A stretch of DNA of 60,898 bases, from assembly GCA_030408475.1 (NCBI GenBank), contig JAUHQG010000042.1, positions 1 to 60,898 of the forward strand, read 5' to 3'. This DNA is from Candidatus Amphrikana amoebophyrae (GTDB taxonomy: Bacteria; Chlamydiota; Chlamydiia; Chlamydiales; JACRBE01). This document shows positions 45,146 through 54,324 of the stretch, in pieces. Below the pieces are notes generated by a model. It did not search any database, was not told the DNA's origin, and saw nothing but the letters and a program-made list of their open reading frames with translations. The stretch's first letter is position 1; the number at the start of each line of letters is the position of its first letter. The translations under genes and the position numbers were made by a program.

Positions 45146-47035
45146 ATGTCCACTCGAGCAGAAGAATTCCAACCCCATGTCCCATCAAACCGTTCTCCAA
45201 GAGAGTTTTCCCTTCGTGCTATTATCTTAGGTATGTGCTTAGGCTTATTATTTGGCGTCGGAAATGCCTATCTTGGGCTCAAAATTGGTACAACCATCTC
45301 AGCTTCTATTCCAGCTGCTGTGATGTCTATGGCTATTTTACGTACTTTTTTTAAGCGGGTAACCATTTTAGAAAATAACATTGTACAAACTGTTGCTGCT
45401 GTTGGCGAAGGTTTAGCTGCTGGTGTAATTTTTACTATTCCTGCCCTTTTTTTTCTTGGCGATCGACCCTCACAATATTTAATCTTTTTCCTTTCAATGT
45501 TAGGAGGACTGCTTGGAATACTTTTTATGATTCCGCTTCGTCGCTATATCATCGTGAAAGAACACGGAAAGTTGCCTTTTCCTGAGGGAACTGCATGCGC
45601 TGAAATTTTAAAAGCAGGTGAAAAAGACACAGGTGGCGCAAAACATGCGGCTTTTGGTTTGCTGATTGGCGCAGTTTATAAACTCGCTATGAGCGGTTTA
45701 CACTACTTTCAAGAAGTAATTTATTTTAAAATTAAAAGCTATAAAGACACACTCATCAGTTTCGATTGTACACCCGCTCTTTTGGGAGTAGGTTTTATTA
45801 TTGGACCAAGAATCACTTCTATTATGTTCGCTGGTGGAGCTTTAGCCTGGTGGGTTTTAATCCCTTTAATTAAAGAATTCGGCTCTCAACTCACTACCAT
45901 TTATCCTTCTACTATTGCCGTCGCAGACATGAGCGCATTGCAAGTTTGGGACAGCTATATTCGCTATATTGGCGCAGGAACTGTAGCTATTGGCGGTATT
46001 CTTAATCTTGTGAAAATTATTCCTGTCATTCGAAAAACCATTTCTGGTGGAATGAAAGAACTCTTTAAAGGACTAAGTGTTAAGGTAGGAATAGAGCGAA
46101 CCGATCGAGATATATCACTGCGCTGGCTTATCCTTGGTTCTCTGGCCATTATCCTAATTTTATGGCTATTCCCCGCTATTCAACTTAATTTACTCACTGT
46201 AATTTTGATTACTATTTTGGGCTTTTTCTTCGTTTGCGTCACTTCTATAACAGTTGGTATCGTAGGAAGCACTTCGAATCCAGCTTCAGGAATGACCATC
46301 ACAACTTTACTTATTACTTGTATAGTTTTTGTATTAATAGGATGGACAGAGAGAGTATATTTAATTGCTGCTATTACAATGAGCGCTGTCGTCAATGTTG
46401 CTATTACTTTGGCTTCCACTACTTCTCAAGATTTAAAAACGGGATTTTTACTTGGCGCAACTCCGAAAAAACAACAAATTGCAGAGATGATTGGCCTCAT
46501 TTTACCCGGTCTTGCTATTGGAGGCACCGTTTACTTACTTAATGAAGCTTACGGCTTAGGTACGCCACAGCTCCCTGCTCCGCAAGCCACTTTAATGGCT
46601 CTTATTGCTAAAGGGGTCATTTTACAAAAACTTCCTATTGTATTAGTCATGATTGGCGTTGTAATCGGCTTAATTATTGCTGTTTTACGCATACCGGTAT
46701 TGCCATTTGCTATTGGACTCTACCTTCCTCTGTCACTTTCAACCTCAATGGCTTTAGGTGGACTCACTTCATTCTTTATTAGTAGAAAAGCAACTGATGA
46801 TCAGATGCAATCTGGAATATTGGCCTCTTCTGGACTTGTTGCTGGTGACGCTTGTATGGGAGTGATCGTAGCTCTATTAGCTGTACTTCAAATAGTGCCA
46901 GCACAAGCAACGGCTTTACTTCACCCTAGTTACACTTTCTTCTTTTATTTACTACTTGTTGCCTTCTTAGTATGGATTGTATTTGCTAAAAATGACACGC
47001 CTAAAAAGAAAAAACGAAAGAAAAAACGTAAATAA
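45146..47035 (+). CDS. Oligopeptide transporter, OPT family
   Basis: NAYLGLKIG..SASIPAAV, ENNIVQT, LPFPEGTA, QDLKTGFLLGATP, LPAPQA. Confidence 0.93.
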   Translation: MSTRAEEFQPHVPSNRSPREFSLRAIILGMCLGLLFGVGNAYLGLKIGTTISASIPAAVMSMAILRTFFKRVTILENNIVQTVAAVGEGLAAGVIFTIPALFFLGDRPSQYLIFFLSMLGGLLGILFMIPLRRYIIVKEHGKLPFPEGTACAEILKAGEKDTGGAKHAAFGLLIGAVYKLAMSGLHYFQEVIYFKIKSYKDTLISFDCTPALLGVGFIIGPRITSIMFAGGALAWWVLIPLIKEFGSQLTTIYPSTIAVADMSALQVWDSYIRYIGAGTVAIGGILNLVKIIPVIRKTISGGMKELFKGLSVKVGIERTDRDISLRWLILGSLAIILILWLFPAIQLNLLTVILITILGFFFVCVTSITVGIVGSTSNPASGMTITTLLITCIVFVLIGWTERVYLIAAITMSAVVNVAITLASTTSQDLKTGFLLGATPKKQQIAEMIGLILPGLAIGGTVYLLNEAYGLGTPQLPAPQATLMALIAKGVILQKLPIVLVMIGVVIGLIIAVLRIPVLPFAIGLYLPLSLSTSMALGGLTSFFISRKATDDQMQSGILASSGLVAGDACMGVIVALLAVLQIVPAQATALLHPSYTFFFYLLLVAFLVWIVFAKNDTPKKKKRKKKRK

Positions 47036-47073
47036 AAACGAATCACGTTATAGTGGTTTAAGTTTTAATTGAC

Positions 47074-47092
47074 GTTGACTTTGTAAGTCAAC
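47074..47092. terminator. Short hairpin after the OPT gene
   Basis: GTTGACTT-TGT-AAGTCAAC. Confidence 0.4.
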
Positions 47093-47174
47093 AAAATCGA
47101 ATGGGAAGTTTTCGCCAAAAAGAATCGATTTGCTCATATCATTTAAAACTTAATCCACTATATAATCATTATCT

Positions 47175-47771
47175 ATGAAAAAACGTGCTATTACTCTCAT
47201 TGAAGTTTTAGTTGGCTTCACCCTTTTTACTATTTTAATCGGCTCATTGATGCTCTCATTTAGCTCCATGACCATGAGTAATGCCAAACTCTCTTTTGAA
47301 AAAGAGTATGAAAGTAAACTGCAGTTTGTCTCTACAAATATAGGTAAACATTTTGATAAACTTCTCGATCAAAAAGAAAAAACTTTTACACTTAATTTAG
47401 ATCAAAATGTCCCTAAGCTTTCCTTTATTTCATGTGGTCATATAGATCGAAACCCCCTCTTTTTTAATAAACGTATTATCACTCTCACACATCAAAATAA
47501 TACATTTGTATTGATTGAACAATCACCTAAAGATAAAACCCAATTGAGAGTTACTCATCTTCTTTCTGGTGTAGATAGCATTGGCTTTACATTCGTATAT
47601 CTAGATAGTGACCCTGAGAAAGAGCGCATTATTTATAAGACTAAAGCACTTGATAAGGTCAAACTCCCATTTGCAATTGAAATAGAATTAGGTCTAGATA
47701 GGAGCTTCACTTTCTTAGTCCCAACAGATCTAATAAAACCTTTTACGATGCCCATGATTGAGGAAGATTAA
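47175..47771 (+). CDS. Pseudopilin-like protein (GspJ-like)
   Basis: MKKRA-ITLIE-VLVGFTLF N-terminal methylation-type motif; C-terminal LPFAIEIEL. Confidence 0.75.
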   Translation: MKKRAITLIEVLVGFTLFTILIGSLMLSFSSMTMSNAKLSFEKEYESKLQFVSTNIGKHFDKLLDQKEKTFTLNLDQNVPKLSFISCGHIDRNPLFFNKRIITLTHQNNTFVLIEQSPKDKTQLRVTHLLSGVDSIGFTFVYLDSDPEKERIIYKTKALDKVKLPFAIEIELGLDRSFTFLVPTDLIKPFTMPMIEED

Positions 47772-48646
47772 TGCAAATTCTTTTATTCACTTTCACTTTC
47801 CTTATGATTCTCGCTTCATTTTGTTTGCGCCTGTTTTTTTCTACATCAACTGATGTCACCCTATCTAGACTCAACCATGCTACCTTTCAAATGCGTCAAG
47901 AATTATATACAGAAATACATAAAGCGAATCTAAGTAAAATTAAGCAAAAGCAACCAAAAGATAAGAAAAAAAAGCGCCCCCCCTACATTCCTAAAAGATC
48001 ACTGAACACTGAAAACGGTCGCTTTAATCTCAATCTTTTATTTGAAAAAGACCCAATTAAACGAGAATTTGCTAATAAAGTTCTCCACCACTTTTATGAT
48101 CCACTTTTTGACAATCCAAATAAACTCTCGAATACTCTAGATGAAATGCATCTATTTGGCCTTGCAAAAATTCAAAATGGTGAAAAAGTAGCGCTAGAAG
48201 ATTTACTCGCTATTTCTGAAGAAAATAGCTCTCATCTCTTTACCCTCATTAAAGGAGATAAAGAGAAAAAAGTATTGCCCTTACAAAAAGTAATTATTTT
48301 GCGAAATTTAGAAGAACGAAAACCTCTTTGCTTTCATCAGGCCGCTGAACAATTTATCGAATTATTACTCCCAAAAAGTGCTTATGATTCTCTGGTTTTA
48401 ATTGAAAATAACAAACGCGCCAATAAAGAGAAAAAAATGAGCCAGCCTGAATTTAACTCTTTTCTTCAAGAGCAACACATGTCTGATGCAGAAGTGGAAA
48501 GAATATTAGAATACTTCACTTTTTCCCCTCCGTCAAACTTTCAGCAAGTATATGCTCCAGTCAATAAAGATGTCACAGTCGAAAGAATCTCTTCCCTTAT
48601 TTACGACGATGAAAATGAAGAAGAAGAGAGCTCAATGTCACTTTGA
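47771..48646 (+). CDS. GspK-like membrane protein
   Basis: N-terminal TM; ENGRFNLNLL resembles the GspK KINLN motif; translationally coupled to the pseudopilin. Confidence 0.55.
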   Translation: MQILLFTFTFLMILASFCLRLFFSTSTDVTLSRLNHATFQMRQELYTEIHKANLSKIKQKQPKDKKKKRPPYIPKRSLNTENGRFNLNLLFEKDPIKREFANKVLHHFYDPLFDNPNKLSNTLDEMHLFGLAKIQNGEKVALEDLLAISEENSSHLFTLIKGDKEKKVLPLQKVIILRNLEERKPLCFHQAAEQFIELLLPKSAYDSLVLIENNKRANKEKKMSQPEFNSFLQEQHMSDAEVERILEYFTFSPPSNFQQVYAPVNKDVTVERISSLIYDDENEEEESSMSL

Positions 48647-49944
48647 CATAAAGACTCATCAGCTGATAACAATTTAATTGTAAAAGTTGTACCCACTCCT
48701 TCTACAGATGTCACTTTTATTTCCCCATGATGTTTTTCAATGATAGAATGTACAATTGATAAACCAAGACCTGTGCCTCCTAATTTACGCGACCTATCTT
48801 GATTTACTCGATAAAATCGATCAAATATATGGTCGAGATGCTCTTGTGGAATTCCAATGCCGCGATCCTCAATTTGCAAAGTGACTCTAGGCCCTTCTTT
48901 TTTTATAGTGACAGTAATATGCGCCGCACCCTTTGAATACTTCACCGCATTTTCAAATAAGTTAATCAATGCTTGCTCTAATAAATCTACATCAGCATTG
49001 ATCATCACTATATCATGATTTTGCAATGTTTCGATGCACACTTCAGGGTGAATAGCTAAAAGAGAATAACTGACACTCTCGAATAAAGAAACGATGTCAC
49101 AAGGATTTAAATTGGGTTTAGTAGAGTTATCCAGTCCAGCTAACATCAATAGGTTTTTCACTAAATTATTCATCCGATGACAACTGCGAATTATTTTATC
49201 TGTCATATCTTCAAGCATTATATCAGATACTGTAGGTAAATCTCTTAAAGTTTCAGCAAAACCCTCAATAATCGTAACAGGAGTTCGCAATTCATGAGAG
49301 GCATTGGCTACAAAATCTTTTCCTAATTCAGATATTTTATGAGCATTAGTATTGTCTTGTAAAATGAGAATCACTCTCGGCTGACTCACTATTGGCGAAG
49401 CGATAAGTTCGAGATAAATTTGCTTATTATCTCCGATTCTTACAGAATCTTTCAAGGTGCAACCCGAATCAATACTTTTACGAACTAAAGTGTAGCACAT
49501 CTCAATAATAGCCCCATTTTTATCATTAACTTGGTCAAAGATACAATTGTTACGAGCGTGAAATTTAACACCCAAACACTTTTCAGCAACTTTGTTCCAT
49601 TTTAAAATTTTCCCATCGTTATCTAATATTAAAATTCCTTCTTGTAAGGAGTTAATCAATGAAGAAAGTTTTTCTTGATAAACTTGGATCTGCTCTTCAT
49701 AGCCATGAGTTGATGCTTTATGATCAAAACGATTTTTAAGCTTCCGATAAGACATGATAAATAAAAAATTGGAGGCCACAAATAAAAGTGTTTGCAATAA
49801 AAAAGTAACTAAAACTAAATTGACAGCCGTATACTTCCCTGTACCACTTTGGGAATAGTAGCTCTCAAAAGAAGCAAGAAATAAAATCATCAACGAAATA
49901 AAATATAAACCTGTTGAGATAAGAAAAAATTTAGTCTTAAGCAA
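48601..49944 (-). CDS. Membrane sensor histidine kinase (PhoR-like, PAS-HisKA-HATPase)
   Basis: Two TMs; PAS EGILILD; H-box ANASHELRTP; N-box NLFENAVKY; DRGIGI; FYRV; GTGLGL. Confidence 0.92.
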   Translation of the reverse strand: MLKTKFFLISTGLYFISLMILFLASFESYYSQSGTGKYTAVNLVLVTFLLQTLLFVASNFLFIMSYRKLKNRFDHKASTHGYEEQIQVYQEKLSSLINSLQEGILILDNDGKILKWNKVAEKCLGVKFHARNNCIFDQVNDKNGAIIEMCYTLVRKSIDSGCTLKDSVRIGDNKQIYLELIASPIVSQPRVILILQDNTNAHKISELGKDFVANASHELRTPVTIIEGFAETLRDLPTVSDIMLEDMTDKIIRSCHRMNNLVKNLLMLAGLDNSTKPNLNPCDIVSLFESVSYSLLAIHPEVCIETLQNHDIVMINADVDLLEQALINLFENAVKYSKGAAHITVTIKKEGPRVTLQIEDRGIGIPQEHLDHIFDRFYRVNQDRSRKLGGTGLGLSIVHSIIEKHHGEIKVTSVEGVGTTFTIKLLSADESLCQSDIELSSSSFSSS

Positions 49945-49989
49945 AGCAATACCAAAAAAGAAATAAATATGTTGGAAGCATAATAACGA

Positions 49990-50694
49990 TTAATAACTTC
50001 TCACGCAAGAGTGTTCCTGGTTTTCTTCAGATATTCTTCTTACTCTTTCAAATAAACTTTGATAAATACCTTTAAATGATGAATCTAAATCATTCATGGA
50101 TTGCATTGTTCTAGGAAATATTTCCTTTAAGCTACCTAATGCAGATTTTATTTCTTCTGGAGTTAAATGTTTTTGAATCTCATCATCATCGATAGAGGGC
50201 GAAACATATCGTAAAAAATTACCTGTAGCTTCACCTACTACATTGGCTCCAACACTTCTCAAAAAGAAGCTAAAAAAAGAGCTCGTCCAACTCTTTGCAA
50301 TAGGTTTGCTCGATAGCCAAAAAAGAATAATAGTAACTGATTTACCCATCCAAAAGCAAAATGTACTTTTATTTGCGCGATAGATGGACTCATAAATTAT
50401 CAATTTATAAAAAGCTGGATGCTTTTCTGTATGCTCCAGTAAATTTGATAATTTTTGCGGTATTGTTGAAAATACTCTGTTTGAACTCAGAGTTGTTCGG
50501 TTATTTTGTTGCTCTGAATTTAGAGAGACACTTTTTATAAATACTTCTTTGCTATCGATTGTTACAGGCGTATAATCACTGTTATAAATCTTATTAATCG
50601 TACACCATGCCGCATCTGCAGCGTGATACAATAGATTTAATAATAAGCCTGCCATATTTACAATCCCTTTAATTTTTTTCAAAAAGTATAACAT
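49990..50694 (-). CDS. Orphan hypothetical protein (start probably MAGLLL)
   Basis: 234-aa ORF; AGGGA precedes the internal ATG; no family recognised. Confidence 0.6.
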   Translation of the reverse strand: MLYFLKKIKGIVNMAGLLLNLLYHAADAAWCTINKIYNSDYTPVTIDSKEVFIKSVSLNSEQQNNRTTLSSNRVFSTIPQKLSNLLEHTEKHPAFYKLIIYESIYRANKSTFCFWMGKSVTIILFWLSSKPIAKSWTSSFFSFFLRSVGANVVGEATGNFLRYVSPSIDDDEIQKHLTPEEIKSALGSLKEIFPRTMQSMNDLDSSFKGIYQSLFERVRRISEENQEHSCVRSY

Positions 50695-50758
50695 TTTATA
50701 GTAAAAATATCAATAACAAGAGACTTTTATAAGTGGGTGTAAATTAATTATTTGACCG

Positions 50759-53233
50759 CTAATTATCTTTAGGTTTTAACTCGTAAGGTCTTACTACTTC
50801 AATAACTTCAATCGGCTCTGAAAACCCTTTCAAAATCATTTTATCAAGCGATCTAGTTTCAAATGTTTCTTTGACGTTTAGGCTATTAAGGGTCATTTGC
50901 GAGATTAATATTTCACTCGGTTTGGCAGTGGAACAAAGCCTTGAAGCTAAATTGACATTAGCTCCTAATACAGTATAATTAAGTCTATTTTCAGCGCCCA
51001 TATTACCTACAATAACTTTACCCGAATGAATCCCAATCCCCATCTCAATAATAGGTAAATGTTGTTTGGCTCTTTGAACATTCCAGTCATCTAAAACCCG
51101 TAAAATTTCAAAACCGCAAGCAACAGCATGCACTGCAGCTTGCTCATCTTCGATAGGAGCTCCAAAAAGCGCCATCACCTCATCTCCAACGTATTTATCA
51201 ATGACCCCACCAAAACTATCAATCACAGTTGAAATTTTTGTCATACAAGTATTGAGCATATTAATTAAATCGCGCGGGTCCATCCTTTCTGAAATTTTTG
51301 TAAAATGACGAATATCGGCAAAAAGCACTGTCACTACTTTTTCTTCACCACCTAAATGAATATTTCCTTTTAAAATTTCTTGAGCAATTTTGGGTGAAAC
51401 AACTTTATTGAGAACTCCTTGCACTTTCTCTTTCTCTTTAAGCCCCTTAATCATTTCCCCAAAGGAATGGTACAAAGTGTACACCTCATCTTTTTTTACT
51501 TTCTTCATTTGAGGCAAGTGCACTTCATCTAATCGTCCATGTCCTAAAATACGACATGCTCTAGCTAAATGGGTAATAGGCTCTGTTACATGCCTCGTAA
51601 TATGATTAAGCGAAAATAAAACAATAAGTAGTGCTGCTAAAGCAATAAATTGCATCTGAATCGCTATTTTTCTAATCAATAGCTTGGCATTGTCGTTAAT
51701 AGCTAAAGACAAAGCAAACTCTTTATGCTTAGGAACAATTAAATAAAAATCAAACTGCAACCCTTGATAAGGTGTAATTTTTAAATAGAAATATTCCATT
51801 TCATTTTGGGTAAAAAATCCTGAATCTTTCTTATTTATCTTGTCCATTGGTAAATGTAACTGAGGTCCATATAACTCTTGTCCTTCACCATTAAATCCCT
51901 TTAAAGCTTTATTATTGACTACAAAAAAAGTGTCTGTTGCGGTTGCTATCGCAATATCTTTTACCACTTCTCTAGCATCAACAGCCACAGTTAAAGTACC
52001 GTGTTGCAAATCATTAGTCCCTGACAAATGATCGATATACATCGTATTCCCAAAGAATAATCTTTCATCAGTATCTTGGAAAATAACCTGCAAATATTGC
52101 TCATCGCCACCATATAAAGTGCTTTCAGATACACTTTTTCTTGAAGCCGTTTGCAGCTGATCATAAAATACTTCGCTATTTAAAACAGATTGTCCACACA
52201 CCATATTAGGCAAAATCTGAACTATTCCAATTGGAAATTCTTTAGAAAACGGCTCTTTTCCAAATACTTTAGTCGATAATATCGAGGTAATTTGCCAAAT
52301 CATTGAGATTTTATCAAACCTCAGTGAACTCCAAGATACATTTGACAATGAATTCATCTCATTACTAACTTTACTACAATTCTCATTAACTTTAGCAACT
52401 TCTTGTTGGATCCAAGTAGATTTACTTTTGCCCGTAATTTTGTTATATACTTCATTATGTTGTCGAAAGTATTTTTTAGCATGCTCAATATGGTTTACCA
52501 TTTCATAAAGCAAATGCTTGATTTGCTTCGCATCAGCTAATCGTAAATTTCCTGATAAATTTGAAATATCTAAAGTATCAATAATTTTTCTTGCAGCATG
52601 TGTGTCCATAGACAAAATAATATCTGGATCAAAGAGAAAATAAAATTCTTCTTGAAAACCCTCATTTTTCTTAGAACTAAGACTTCTTGTCATTTTAGGA
52701 TCTAATGAAACTAAATCCAGCATATACGGTATTCCAATATAAGGCCCTTCCCAATCAGGATCTTGCGCATTGTCTTTAGTCATAATATAGGAAAAATGTC
52801 TATCATGCTCTACTTTAACAGCATAACTAGGTCGCCTATCATCTAATACAATCATTGAGGCCACTTCACCACTAATCGTATTTTCAATTAAATCAATCCA
52901 TTTATTATCAAAAAGCAAAGTGGAAGAAGCTAGCCAAGTTTCAAAATCGTAATTGACCAAATTTGGAGTAAATTGTGCTCGAAGCCAACTATACTGCTTA
53001 ATTTTGGTAAATAATACATTAATTTGATCAAATCTTCGATCGATAAGACTTTTGGCAAAAAGCTCTATTTCTTGACGCCTAGCTTCTTCATGCTCAATGA
53101 GTTTACTTCGAATACTTGCCCCTTCAAACTTCAAATTAGCTGAAGTCAAATACTCTTCAAGTACTTGAGATGCGATGAAGGCGAAAAAAAACAGTCCGCC
53201 CACAAATAAGAAGATTTTAGCGCGTAGGCGCAT
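50759..53233 (-). CDS. Membrane-bound class III adenylate cyclase (TM-periplasmic-TM-HAMP-cyclase)
   Basis: HAMP PITHLA..DEV..L; LFADIRHFT, DKYVGDEVMA, YTVLGANVNLASRL. Confidence 0.92.
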   Translation of the reverse strand: MRLRAKIFLFVGGLFFFAFIASQVLEEYLTSANLKFEGASIRSKLIEHEEARRQEIELFAKSLIDRRFDQINVLFTKIKQYSWLRAQFTPNLVNYDFETWLASSTLLFDNKWIDLIENTISGEVASMIVLDDRRPSYAVKVEHDRHFSYIMTKDNAQDPDWEGPYIGIPYMLDLVSLDPKMTRSLSSKKNEGFQEEFYFLFDPDIILSMDTHAARKIIDTLDISNLSGNLRLADAKQIKHLLYEMVNHIEHAKKYFRQHNEVYNKITGKSKSTWIQQEVAKVNENCSKVSNEMNSLSNVSWSSLRFDKISMIWQITSILSTKVFGKEPFSKEFPIGIVQILPNMVCGQSVLNSEVFYDQLQTASRKSVSESTLYGGDEQYLQVIFQDTDERLFFGNTMYIDHLSGTNDLQHGTLTVAVDAREVVKDIAIATATDTFFVVNNKALKGFNGEGQELYGPQLHLPMDKINKKDSGFFTQNEMEYFYLKITPYQGLQFDFYLIVPKHKEFALSLAINDNAKLLIRKIAIQMQFIALAALLIVLFSLNHITRHVTEPITHLARACRILGHGRLDEVHLPQMKKVKKDEVYTLYHSFGEMIKGLKEKEKVQGVLNKVVSPKIAQEILKGNIHLGGEEKVVTVLFADIRHFTKISERMDPRDLINMLNTCMTKISTVIDSFGGVIDKYVGDEVMALFGAPIEDEQAAVHAVACGFEILRVLDDWNVQRAKQHLPIIEMGIGIHSGKVIVGNMGAENRLNYTVLGANVNLASRLCSTAKPSEILISQMTLNSLNVKETFETRSLDKMILKGFSEPIEVIEVVRPYELKPKDN

Positions 53234-53292
53234 AAGACAATCCTAGATTACTACCCTCTTTGCCTTGTACATCAAAGTTGAGTTGTACGCAA

Positions 53293-54324
53293 CTAGCCGA
53301 GTACTTTAGGTCCCGATTCTGTAATATAAACCATATTTTCATACCTAACTCCCATAGAATTAGGTAAATAGATTCCAGGCTCAATCGTAATGACCATTCC
53401 AGCTTCTAGTTTCCCCTTTATATTGTTAAGAGGTCTAAAGTAAGGCAACTCATGAGTTTCAATTCCAACTCCATGTCCTAGTCCATGAATAAATTCCTTT
53501 TCATATCCATAAAACTTCAATACTTCTCTTGCCGCTAGATCTAAGGTAGACAATTTTTCCCCCACTACAGCGCATTGAAGTGCTGACTCATACGCCTCTT
53601 GCACTATCGAATAGAGCTTATCCACTTTAGGTTCCATTTTTCCTATAGAGATCACTCGAGTCATATCGGTATTATAACCATCTTTTCGAAGCCCAATATC
53701 TATTAAGATCGGCTCATTTTTCTTTATTTTCCGAGTAGAGCTTGGTCGATAATGAGGAATACTACCACCAGATCCTGCGGCTACAATAGGATCAAACGCA
53801 TTTTCTTGGGCCCCCTCTTTTCTCAATAAATACTCAAATTGGTTAGCTATCTCTTGCTCTGTAACACCCACTTTAATCCATTTTTGTAACGTTGCAAAAA
53901 TCTTAGAGTGTAAAATTGCATTTGCCGATAAGATTTTTATTTCCTGAGCATCTTTCAATTGACGCATCGTAGAAATAAGCGAAGATCTAATCAGTTTATG
54001 CCCTTTAAAATGGCTTTTTAAATAAGTAAGTCTTTCTACTGTAACGCTCGATGACTCAAAACCAACCCTTTTACTTTCTTTACTATTAATGAGTTGAATT
54101 GAGGATGAAAGTTCAAGTAGCTGAATATGTTTAATGGCTTGGCATTCTCCAAAAGTCATTTGATGGATATAAAGTTGAGCACTTTTTGGTCTTATGACTA
54201 ATATGCCAAATCCTATAAAAACGCCTGTGAGATAAAATAAGTGAATGGGATCACAAATAACAAAAGCATCTAAATTGTCATTTTTTAGCGTTTGTTGAAC
54301 TTTTTTGAGTCTGGATTGTAGCAT
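53293..54324 (-). CDS. pepP: Xaa-Pro aminopeptidase (M24B)
   Basis: IPHY, DIG..YNTDMTR, HGLGHGVGIETHE, TIEPGIY, GVRYE. Confidence 0.9.
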   Translation of the reverse strand: MLQSRLKKVQQTLKNDNLDAFVICDPIHLFYLTGVFIGFGILVIRPKSAQLYIHQMTFGECQAIKHIQLLELSSSIQLINSKESKRVGFESSSVTVERLTYLKSHFKGHKLIRSSLISTMRQLKDAQEIKILSANAILHSKIFATLQKWIKVGVTEQEIANQFEYLLRKEGAQENAFDPIVAAGSGGSIPHYRPSSTRKIKKNEPILIDIGLRKDGYNTDMTRVISIGKMEPKVDKLYSIVQEAYESALQCAVVGEKLSTLDLAAREVLKFYGYEKEFIHGLGHGVGIETHELPYFRPLNNIKGKLEAGMVITIEPGIYLPNSMGVRYENMVYITESGPKVLG

